Shown: one piece after another, positions 35,692 to 45,749 of the stretch
Layout: each line of letters starts with the position of its first letter
Position numbering within the stretch: the stretch's first letter is position 1
From: Prevotella sp.
GTDB lineage: Bacteria > Bacteroidota > Bacteroidia > Bacteroidales > Bacteroidaceae
Assembly: GCA_022771625.1 (NCBI GenBank)
Contig: JALFCW010000057.1
Coordinates: 7,119-71,118, forward strand
DNA length: 64,000 bases
Direction of reading: 5' to 3'
The notes under the pieces: model-generated
Databases searched by the model: none
Told to the model about the DNA's origin: nothing
Seen by the model: only the letters and a program-made list of their open reading frames with translations
Translations under genes and position numbers: made by a program

Positions 35692-37476
35692 ATGAAGAAA
35701 CGGATATTATATATGGCAATGATGGCTGCGGCTTTTGCCTCATGTCAGGACAACACCACCGAAACAGAATACCCGCATGATGCCTCACTTGACATCAAGG
35801 TGGGGAGTATCGACTGTGGTTCTGCCGATGCCGTGGTGGTGGAGAATATTACCAAGTCGGCCACTACTCGTGCTTCACAAAAAGCAGAGGAAGTTGAATG
35901 GCTGAAAGATCCTTTGCTTAAAGGTATTGACGTGAGCTATTATCTAAGAAGTGACGAAAACAAAAACACGTCAACGGCTGTGCTAAAGCTGTTGCCGGAA
36001 ATTAATCAGGTTGCCGGAGATTCTACAAAATATTCTTTCAATTACAAAGATGAGAATGGACAAGAGACCCAAAAGCCTGCACAATGGAAAGGCAATGCTG
36101 GACATGTGTTTCATGGATTCTATATACCCGAAGGCATAAGCAACGGAGAAATAGGAAATCAGAGTGAGTCTGAGATTTCGAATGAACCAAATGCAGAGTC
36201 ATATTACGACAAACTATGGCGCTACCTCAGTATGCCGCCCAACCATGAGATTATGGCTACCGTGGGATATGTGCGTCTGCCGTTCCGCCACCGTCTGTCG
36301 CGCGTGTTGGCATACGTGCTTATCGACCCTGATCTCAAAACCTCAATTAAGGACAACATCATATCTTTTGAGAATGTGAAAGTGCTTGAGAAGGTTGAGG
36401 GCACAACTCCAAAATGGACAACAGCACGCAAAGTTGTGCCACATTCGATGGGCACATCCGGAAGTGTAAACAAGAAGTTGGAGCAGACAGATGAAAACTT
36501 CCTCGTATTCCGCAATACAACATCCAATACATTCGTTTATCCCACGGATGACGCATGGGCAAATGTTAAGGCGGCTTACGATAATAATAAGGAGAACAGT
36601 GGATATGAGGAGATTAATTATGGCAAAGTGCCTTGTTTCGACATTATCGTGCGCCCCACTTATACGTCATCGGCATTGGTGATGTATGATGAGGATATGA
36701 GCAACGGAATGAATGCCGCGAAATATGCTGATGAGACAAACAGCATCGACTTTGTGGTGGATCTCGTAAATGGTCTTTCATATAACAAAACGTTTAAGTT
36801 TGACCTCGACGCCAACTATCAAACTGCGGTCTTCCTGCGCATTAGTCGCGAGAAGGTGGATTACCAGACAATGGGTTCGGAACTGTGGCAGCAATACGAA
36901 GCCACCGACGGATATTATGGTGTGGATAACGACCTTAACCATCGCCTCTCGCTCGCCGGAGGCAGTTGGCAACGCGCTTATCGCAACTCTTCATTTAAAC
37001 CTGGAATAACGGATGGTGACTTCTATAAGGAGCAATATGTGGCTGGTACGAAATGGATTGAGATGTTCAAAAATGCAGTTATGCCCTCAGATACAATAAA
37101 GGCAAATATCCCAAGTGATAATCACTGGGGCGACTACTTTGTGCTCGACAAAGACATCACCATTAATGTGTCAGAATTTCCTGCCGATTTCATCTTCACA
37201 GGCCATCTCGACGGACGTGGATATACTATCACTTTAACAGGAGGAACTGATGACACTCGTTATCTCTTTGACGGACTGAATGGCACATACGATGCCGAAG
37301 CTGGACAAGCAAACTGCCACAAAGAAGGCGGAGTGATTGTTCCGGAAAAGGGTTATCGGGCAGAAGTAATGAACTTAAAGATAAAGGGAGGGAAGCTCTT
37401 TTCGTCTGCGGCTGAGGCAGACAAGGAGAACAAGATAACGGGAATAGTATATAATTGCAAGGAGGAGACGGAATGA
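35692..37476 (+). CDS. fimbrillin-like lipoprotein with a short GLUG-preamble-like C-terminus
   Basis: 594 aa. Lipobox AAFASC, ATTR(60)AS and LPFRHRLSRVLAYVLID. The C-terminus reads DYFVLDKDITINVSEFPADFIFTGHLDGRGYTITLTGG. Confidence 0.6.
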   Translation: MKKRILYMAMMAAAFASCQDNTTETEYPHDASLDIKVGSIDCGSADAVVVENITKSATTRASQKAEEVEWLKDPLLKGIDVSYYLRSDENKNTSTAVLKLLPEINQVAGDSTKYSFNYKDENGQETQKPAQWKGNAGHVFHGFYIPEGISNGEIGNQSESEISNEPNAESYYDKLWRYLSMPPNHEIMATVGYVRLPFRHRLSRVLAYVLIDPDLKTSIKDNIISFENVKVLEKVEGTTPKWTTARKVVPHSMGTSGSVNKKLEQTDENFLVFRNTTSNTFVYPTDDAWANVKAAYDNNKENSGYEEINYGKVPCFDIIVRPTYTSSALVMYDEDMSNGMNAAKYADETNSIDFVVDLVNGLSYNKTFKFDLDANYQTAVFLRISREKVDYQTMGSELWQQYEATDGYYGVDNDLNHRLSLAGGSWQRAYRNSSFKPGITDGDFYKEQYVAGTKWIEMFKNAVMPSDTIKANIPSDNHWGDYFVLDKDITINVSEFPADFIFTGHLDGRGYTITLTGGTDDTRYLFDGLNGTYDAEAGQANCHKEGGVIVPEKGYRAEVMNLKIKGGKLFSSAAEADKENKITGIVYNCKEETE

Positions 37477-40139
37477 AAAGAACACTATATAGTATATTGG
37501 TAATATTGGCAATGCTCTCATCATGCAGTGACGATGAATATGGCAAACTCACTGCCGAACAGGAGAGACTCATCGGTAAGGCGGTGAACTTCAACACCAG
37601 TATTGCCGAACCATTTGCCACACGTGCGTCTTACAATACTGACGGCGGTTTTAATGAAAACGACCAAATCACCATCTTTCGGCAGTATTCCAATGATAAT
37701 GGTGCAACCTTCGACCCAGAGAGCGAGGGCTACAGAGTGTATAGCTATCAGGCAAGAAACGTTACTGGAACTAACATCCGTATCAACACGTTGTGGAAGG
37801 TGAAACCAGGAAAACAAGGCTATGAGCCAGCTCATGGATCTATTCCGGCACGAGGAACATTCACACAAACGGAAGCCGACTCATTGACATGGGACGATGG
37901 TCGCACTGTGAGATTCCGTGCATGGGGAATGAGCAATCTCTCGGGATGTCTTGACAATGGTTCGTGGGACAGTTTCTATCCCGACTTCTATATGTCGTCG
38001 TGGGTGACTGCCTCTGGTCCTTCGAGCGATATTCCCCTCACTATGCGCCATCTCGGATGCCGTATAGCCATTACTCCACTTGCAGGCAACCAACTGCAAA
38101 AGATTGAGATATGCACTGAATATGAGGATTATATGCGCGAGGATAATGCCGACTCTGATGATAATGATGCAACAGACAAATGCTCGGAAGAAGAAGCCCG
38201 TAAGCGTGCTGATGAAGTGAAGAAAGTTTTCGAGAAGATGTGTATGCCAGGAGGTATCGACTTTGAAACTGGCTTGATGGCTATGAGTGCTTCATACAAA
38301 AATGTTCATGATAATATCAAGACCATCGAGCAAAAGACAGACCAAGAGCAAATGATAAAGTTCAATACTCTATCTGCATCTGATATTGCCACAAAAGCCG
38401 TCCGTCCTGTATTCAATAACAACAATGGTCATCGTTATCTTATCACTATTCCCCACGACATGAGTACGGAAGAGGCAGGAAAAAGATTGACATTGCCGCC
38501 ATATACCCGATTCCGTATCTATCTACGTGATGTGAATGATGGTGACAAGGGCACATCGGGATATGAGGGAGAATATCATATCTTTGCCTTGGACGACATA
38601 GCAAAGGTTGACGAAAACAGAAACGTAATTAAAGACGCAGAAGGAAAGCCAGTGAAGATGTTCCCCGATGGTCTTCCACTTATCGCAGGCTACAGTTATA
38701 GGTTTAAGGTGGGCTACCATTACAATTCTCTTAAGATTCTTGCCGACAATAACTTCTCTTGGGAAGTACAAAACCTCGATAATGCAAATCTTACAGACGA
38801 GAAGCAGGTTGAACCCACGAGCGATCACCCTTATAAATGGTGGAAGGAAGCCATCGACAAGTCAATATCCGAAGTACTGTCATCATCTGACAAGAGTTTT
38901 AATCCTGTATTCGAGATTAATACAGTGGCGGAGTTCTTTGAGTTTATCAAACTTGTCAACGGTACTGCATATAATTCCACTCCTGAATTCAAGATAGAAC
39001 GTGGAGAAAGATATACAGATGAAACTGCGGAAGGAAATATCAAGTATCGCTGGAAATGGTATAAGGTGTTGGAAGATGGGTCAAGAGGTGATGAAATATC
39101 CAAGGAAGATGCAGAACAGGCAGGATATATCTTCTATCACTCCTACTATCCAGCCGAGGGCGACAACAGTGCTTATTATATCGAGAACTATCTCGATGCG
39201 CCATACAGTTTCTACAGTAATCTCGTCAACCGAAAATTCAAGGTTGTGATAAATAAAGATCTCGACTTCCAAGACTTGAAGATGGCTACAATCGGCACTG
39301 AATCGACTCCCTTCCTCGGTGTCCTCGACGGGCAAAACCATGTGTTGAGTAATATATATATGTCATCGGGTTATCTCTTCGACTATGCCGGTTATTCTTC
39401 ATCAAACATGCATTCGTCTGCCTCGGGAGCGGTGATATCAAATCTCGTGTTGCAGTCGGAACAACCGCTTTGTGTGGTTAATCATGGCAAGGACGTGAAG
39501 ATTCTCGGTATTGCCCTTGAGACTCCAAGCGACAAGGCGGCATTCGGTGAGGAACTTATTGGCACAAGTTATCTCGTGGGTTGTATCAACGAGGGTGACG
39601 CCACCGTGGGGCTTGTGGGCAAGGCAAGCGACTTATATATGTATGGCTGTCTGCAGACGGCTGCCGGTATCAATGGTGGTGCATTGCTCGGCGAATACAC
39701 TGCGGGAGCGTCACAGTTCTTCGCTCCACAAGTGGGCAAGGTGATATGGGGGCGATTCATGTGCAACTACTTCGACATCGACCGCTCGCCCAATGCCGTG
39801 GCTGTGGGAGGGCATGGCGATTACACCTATCCCCTGCAGCAATATATCCGTGGCACAAAGACCTATATCCTGCGTGCCGTTGAGGACAATCTCATCACAA
39901 GTGAGGCCGACCTCGAAGCGCTCAAAGGCAAGGAGGCTCTGACTAAAATCTACGGTCTGGCTCCATGGAAGGCGATGAACTATGCCATTTATCGCTACAA
40001 CAACAGTTCCACTGGTGCGCTGTATCCTTGCACTGTGCATTATAAGATTAACGATACATACAACCACCGCTACCCATTGCTCCATAGTGGAGGGCCCACA
40101 GTGGAAAGCGGATGGAACGTGCTCAATTTGTTGAACTAA
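37473..40139 (+). CDS. fimbrillin-like N-terminal module fused to a GLUG-like C-terminal domain
   Basis: The track ORF starts at 37455. The ATG at 37473 (an ATGA overlap with the upstream stop) gives MKRTLYSILVILAMLSSC. FATR(51)AS and LTMRHLGCRIAITPL. The C-terminal region has INTVAEFFEFIKLVNG, FLGVLDGQNHVLSNIYM, VGLVGKAS and GGALLGEY. Confidence 0.6.
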   Translation: MKRTLYSILVILAMLSSCSDDEYGKLTAEQERLIGKAVNFNTSIAEPFATRASYNTDGGFNENDQITIFRQYSNDNGATFDPESEGYRVYSYQARNVTGTNIRINTLWKVKPGKQGYEPAHGSIPARGTFTQTEADSLTWDDGRTVRFRAWGMSNLSGCLDNGSWDSFYPDFYMSSWVTASGPSSDIPLTMRHLGCRIAITPLAGNQLQKIEICTEYEDYMREDNADSDDNDATDKCSEEEARKRADEVKKVFEKMCMPGGIDFETGLMAMSASYKNVHDNIKTIEQKTDQEQMIKFNTLSASDIATKAVRPVFNNNNGHRYLITIPHDMSTEEAGKRLTLPPYTRFRIYLRDVNDGDKGTSGYEGEYHIFALDDIAKVDENRNVIKDAEGKPVKMFPDGLPLIAGYSYRFKVGYHYNSLKILADNNFSWEVQNLDNANLTDEKQVEPTSDHPYKWWKEAIDKSISEVLSSSDKSFNPVFEINTVAEFFEFIKLVNGTAYNSTPEFKIERGERYTDETAEGNIKYRWKWYKVLEDGSRGDEISKEDAEQAGYIFYHSYYPAEGDNSAYYIENYLDAPYSFYSNLVNRKFKVVINKDLDFQDLKMATIGTESTPFLGVLDGQNHVLSNIYMSSGYLFDYAGYSSSNMHSSASGAVISNLVLQSEQPLCVVNHGKDVKILGIALETPSDKAAFGEELIGTSYLVGCINEGDATVGLVGKASDLYMYGCLQTAAGINGGALLGEYTAGASQFFAPQVGKVIWGRFMCNYFDIDRSPNAVAVGGHGDYTYPLQQYIRGTKTYILRAVEDNLITSEADLEALKGKEALTKIYGLAPWKAMNYAIYRYNNSSTGALYPCTVHYKINDTYNHRYPLLHSGGPTVESGWNVLNLLN

Positions 40140-40156
40140 ATAGTATTCGGAAAGAA

Positions 40157-41203
40157 ATGAAACATAATATATTGCTTTACATATCATTGGCGACAACGAT
40201 GCTGTGGAGTTGCTCTACTGACAACATTCAGGAGAGCGACAACAATCTGCATGGCGTAAGTCTATCGTCGTCAATCGTCTCGTTTGAAGGCGAACAGCAA
40301 ACTAAGGTTAACCTTGCCGGCAACGGATTTGAAGATGGTGACATGATTAGGATAAAGGTGATTTGTCCGTACGTCACTTCACAGGAAGCCGGAGAATCGA
40401 CTTACGGCGGCACTTATGACGGCTTCTGGGTACAGAAATGGAGAGGTTCGGGATGGACAAGCATACCCGACAGCGATGGTTTTGACTTCAATGGCGACTA
40501 TCAAAGGTCGGGCGGTTCGTCAATCATCGGTCAGGTGTTGTCGCAACAGACGCCCTACGTCTTCACCGCATCCACATGGACTGAGGAAAAGGTATTTAAA
40601 ATAGGCGGCAAGATGGTGGTGCAGTATGCCAACGTATTCCATGCCGACCAATCCAATCCCGCCAACTATAAGGCAAGCGATGTACTATGGGCGCAAAACT
40701 TCATGCAGACAGCCACTGACATGATACATTTCGACTTCCATCATGTGATGGCGGCTCTCAAGATAACTGTTGCTGATAATGTCACACTTTCCGATAAGGC
40801 TGTTCTCACAATAGAAAATATGCCCGACATCGACCAAGCCGAGATTATCGTGGGGGATATGTTTGCCGCCAAGAGTAAGGTGAATTCGATGTGTGGATAT
40901 GAGGAGAAACATAAATGTAGTGCAGAAGAGAATGGTAAGGCACTTGGCATTGGAGTGAATTCAAATATGGAATCTTCCACTACGAAATTTGAACAGATAT
41001 CCCAAACTGCCACCTACAAGGCAATGCGTAAGGAGAACACAAATAATGTGTATCAATTGATTGTTCCTCCATGCACGATCAAGAATCCCGTAGTATGGAT
41101 TCGTGATGGCGAAAACCGATGGAAGGTGGAACTTGGCAAGAAGATATTCGAAGCTGGCAAAATGTATAACATCACTCTTAATCTGCAATCCCAAACTGAA
41201 TAA
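40157..41203 (+). CDS. fimbrillin-family lipoprotein, small single module
   Basis: The track ORF starts at 40112. The ATG at 40157 gives MKHNILLYISLATTMLWSC (lipobox). QQTK(50)VN and FDFHHVMAALKITVAD. There is no C-terminal DW-type motif. Confidence 0.6.
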   Translation: MKHNILLYISLATTMLWSCSTDNIQESDNNLHGVSLSSSIVSFEGEQQTKVNLAGNGFEDGDMIRIKVICPYVTSQEAGESTYGGTYDGFWVQKWRGSGWTSIPDSDGFDFNGDYQRSGGSSIIGQVLSQQTPYVFTASTWTEEKVFKIGGKMVVQYANVFHADQSNPANYKASDVLWAQNFMQTATDMIHFDFHHVMAALKITVADNVTLSDKAVLTIENMPDIDQAEIIVGDMFAAKSKVNSMCGYEEKHKCSAEENGKALGIGVNSNMESSTTKFEQISQTATYKAMRKENTNNVYQLIVPPCTIKNPVVWIRDGENRWKVELGKKIFEAGKMYNITLNLQSQTE

Positions 41204-43245
41204 TGGCAATGAAAAATCTATCCATAAATATCCTCGCTTTTGCAATCTCCATGGCAATATGCGGAGCGTGCAGCAATGACTCTGACGACAATGTGAGCAC
41301 GCAGAATGCCAAAGTGCTCACTGGTATTAATGCGGACATATACGGCACTGATGCTGCCATCACACGCGCCTCAAACACCACCGAAAAAGAACCTATATAC
41401 GTAGGCAGGCTGGCGTTTGTGGGTGGCGACAAGATAGTTATGACCTCATTTCAGCGAACAGACAACCCAATAAGCGACTTTACCTACAATGACATTAGAT
41501 GGAAAAAGGGGGGAAATGAAGGTGAAACCGAAGGCGGATGGAATCGCGATAATGATGATTCGGAAAACAATGAAAAGAAGATTTATTGGAGCGATGCCGA
41601 AAACTATCACACCGTTGTCGGATATAGCATTCCACAGAAAATGCCTACAGAAAACTGGAGCAAGACAGCTGAAGAAAGTGTAAACAACTATGAAGGCCAA
41701 CTCACATTATCTGACAACAAAGTGAATTACAGCTCAAAGGATGATTTGACAAAGGATGATGTAGTGCTCACATATAGTAAGGAAATTAAGTCGGACGCAA
41801 CGGGTATTGCAACCATATATTTCCGTCATGCCCTTAGCAGTCTCACTGTGGATGTGAATATCCAAGGCTTTGCTGCCACTCCCGGTATGGGTGCCGAAGA
41901 GAAGGACAATGCATCGAGGGTGAAGGACCTCATTATACTTAAGCAACCATATAAATATATGTGGAAACAAACAAGCGATAGTGTTGAAACAATAGAAAAC
42001 GACGAATCAAAAGCTGATATAACGGCATTTACAAACAATTCAGATGGCGAAGGCAGCGGCAACGGAAGGCGTTTCTTTTTTCATGCGCTTGCCGTTCCGG
42101 GATTGCGTGACGCGATAACAATCAAATTTGATGTCACCTACCCTGACCCTCTAAAGCCAACAACTACAATAACAAACACTTATAAAGCCACTGCCAAAAA
42201 TGTTTTTTTCCTGGCTGGCAAGCGCACGACGATAAAGATTAACCTCAATCACGAGAACGAGAAAATCACCGTGGGAGCAATATATGATGACTGGGTGTTT
42301 AAGGACACACCCGACCAAGGTAATCTTGATAAAAATTCAACATATCTTGCTTCTACAGAAATGAGTAATATTAGATTGCATAATGAAGAGGGACTCACCA
42401 TTGATGATGCCACATGGCTATATATGGACGGCGAGAATATAAAAGATATATATGGAAATGACGGTACAAAGGATAAACCTTATACTATCTCCACCGCCAA
42501 CCAACTCTTGGCTTTCGCCTATGAGGTGAACAAAGGCGTAATGTCATTTGATGGCAAATATGTTCGCCTTGACGCATCCATACACATGCAGCCGACAACA
42601 TCTTCCACCAATGTGGAATGGATAGGTATCGGTTCAGAAGATCATCCCTTTGATGGCAACTTCGATGGAGGATTGCGCGATATATCTTATCTCAAGGGTA
42701 AGTCATTGTTTGGAAATATCAGTACAAATGCTATTGTTGAAGGCTTGTCGCTCAGCCGCATGATTGGCACTACGGATGGGGGCAGCATCGCCTGTGTCAA
42801 CAATGGTACTGTCTATGGATGTATGGTGAAAGGGGATGTCAGTGGCACTACGAATGCTGGAGGTATATGTGCCACCAACAACGGCACTATCATGGCATGC
42901 GCACATATCGGTGATGTAAAAGCCACAAATGAAACTGATACAAAAGCAGGAGGAATGGCTGGTGAGAACAATGAAGATGGCACTATCCTTGCCTCTTATT
43001 TCGCAGGCAACCTGACAGCCACCACAACATCGCCACAATGCTATTTCAATAGTGACCTATATACTCCAACTTCTGAAAAGAAATGGGCTAAACCGACAAT
43101 TGACATGATTATGCAGGCATTTGTAGATGATTTAAACTTTGAAATCACTGACAGCAGGACCAAGCAAAACCTTCGCAAATATCAGTTCATATATCAGCCC
43201 TCAGAATATCCGTCGCTGGTATCGCAACAAAAAAACGTGGAGTAA
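41203..43245 (+). CDS. fimbrillin-like N-terminal module fused to a GLUG-like C-terminal domain (candidate tip adhesin)
   Basis: 680 aa with a TAATG overlap upstream. Lipobox MAICGAC, AITR(55)AS, IYFRHALSSLTVDVNIQG and YDDWVF. Then KDKPYTISTANQLLAFAYEVNKG, PFDGNFDGGLRDISYL, AGGICATNNGTIMAC and AGGMAGENNEDGTILASY. Confidence 0.65.
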   Translation: MAMKNLSINILAFAISMAICGACSNDSDDNVSTQNAKVLTGINADIYGTDAAITRASNTTEKEPIYVGRLAFVGGDKIVMTSFQRTDNPISDFTYNDIRWKKGGNEGETEGGWNRDNDDSENNEKKIYWSDAENYHTVVGYSIPQKMPTENWSKTAEESVNNYEGQLTLSDNKVNYSSKDDLTKDDVVLTYSKEIKSDATGIATIYFRHALSSLTVDVNIQGFAATPGMGAEEKDNASRVKDLIILKQPYKYMWKQTSDSVETIENDESKADITAFTNNSDGEGSGNGRRFFFHALAVPGLRDAITIKFDVTYPDPLKPTTTITNTYKATAKNVFFLAGKRTTIKINLNHENEKITVGAIYDDWVFKDTPDQGNLDKNSTYLASTEMSNIRLHNEEGLTIDDATWLYMDGENIKDIYGNDGTKDKPYTISTANQLLAFAYEVNKGVMSFDGKYVRLDASIHMQPTTSSTNVEWIGIGSEDHPFDGNFDGGLRDISYLKGKSLFGNISTNAIVEGLSLSRMIGTTDGGSIACVNNGTVYGCMVKGDVSGTTNAGGICATNNGTIMACAHIGDVKATNETDTKAGGMAGENNEDGTILASYFAGNLTATTTSPQCYFNSDLYTPTSEKKWAKPTIDMIMQAFVDDLNFEITDSRTKQNLRKYQFIYQPSEYPSLVSQQKNVE

Positions 43246-43339
43246 TTCCAGTAACCTGAGTGACCATCATAGATAATCGCCATACGGGACAAAATATAAA
43301 ATAAGGTGGAAAATGTTTGGCTATATCACAAATTATTTG

Positions 43340-43347
43340 TACCTTTG
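43340..43347 (+). promoter_or_regulatory. candidate -7 promoter box (TAccTTTG) for the ABC-F gene
   Basis: TACCTTTGCACCC lies about 35 nt upstream of the ATG at 43382. Confidence 0.4.
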
Positions 43348-43375
43348 CACCCGTAAAATTAAATATATTGATTAA

Positions 43376-45004
<1,629 letters not shown>

Positions 45005-45052
45005 GCACGATTTTTGTATGTACGTCTTATGAAACTAAAATTTTGGAAGAAT

Positions 45053-45715
45053 ATGAACAAGAAAGACATTAATATCGAAGAACAGACAGATTGTCAGAAC
45101 AATGTGGCTGACATGAATGAAGAAGTTACAGAGAAAGCCGCCGCTGACACAACGGATAATTCTGGAGATGAGGCTGAAGCCGAAATACCAGAAAATGCCG
45201 AAGAGAAAGTGGAATCTGGCGATGAGAGTAACAATAGCAGCGATAGCAACGAGAGCGATGAGAAATCACCACTCGAAAAGGCTCAGGAGCAGATTGATGA
45301 GCTGAAGGATAAGTACTTGCGCTCGGTGGCAGAATTTGACAACTATCGCAAGCGCACACTCAAGGAAAAGGCTGAACTGATTCTCAACGGTAGCGAGAAG
45401 GCAGTAGGAGCTGTATTGCCAATACTCGACGATATGGAGAGAGCTATTGCCAACGGTGAAAAGACCGACGACCCACAGGTGCTTCGCGAGGGTATCTCGC
45501 TCATCTATGCCAAGTTTCAGAAGGTGCTCGAAAGTCTTGGTGTCAAGGAGATTGAGACTGCCGATGCCGACTTCGACACAGATGTTCACGAGGCTATTGC
45601 CATGGTGCCTGGTATGGGTGACGATAAGAAGGGTAAGGTGCTCGACTGTGTGCAGAAGGGATACAAACTCAATGAAAAGGTGATCAGACACGCCAAAGTG
45701 GCAGTGGGACAGTGA
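45053..45715 (+). CDS. grpE: nucleotide exchange factor GrpE
   Basis: The track ORF starts at 45014; the ATG at 45053 (MNKKDINIEEQ) is more likely. It has an acidic N-terminal tail and GrpE core motifs (LRSVAEFDNYRKRT; VIRHAKVAV). dnaJ follows immediately. Confidence 0.9.
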   Translation: MNKKDINIEEQTDCQNNVADMNEEVTEKAAADTTDNSGDEAEAEIPENAEEKVESGDESNNSSDSNESDEKSPLEKAQEQIDELKDKYLRSVAEFDNYRKRTLKEKAELILNGSEKAVGAVLPILDDMERAIANGEKTDDPQVLREGISLIYAKFQKVLESLGVKEIETADADFDTDVHEAIAMVPGMGDDKKGKVLDCVQKGYKLNEKVIRHAKVAVGQ

Positions 45716-45748
45716 AGATTGAAGGTTGAAGATTGAAGGTTGAAGAAT
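45713..45748. repeat. heptamer array TGAAGRT x5 filling the whole grpE-dnaJ spacer
   Basis: Read directly as TGAAGAT TGAAGGT TGAAGAT TGAAGGT TGAAGAA tt. It starts at the grpE stop codon and ends 1 nt before the dnaJ ATG. Confidence 0.85.
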
Positions 45749-45749
45749 T

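Noticed and set aside
41503-41513. A5G6 tract inside the 41203 adhesin-like ORF considered as a coding phase-variation switch
   Set aside because: Runs of 5-6 nt are short for efficient slippage, and similar runs (T7 near 42203, A7-8 near 34838, C6 near 26838) are scattered through these AT-rich genes. I kept only the intergenic G10 as a finding.
19586-43245. Possibility that the island is a polysaccharide utilisation locus or a T9SS cargo cluster
   Set aside because: There is no SusC-like TonB-dependent barrel (about 1000 aa with a plug) and no SusD-like gene, and no glycoside hydrolase motifs. I did not see a recognisable T9SS C-terminal sorting domain at the protein ends, and every protein has a lipobox instead.
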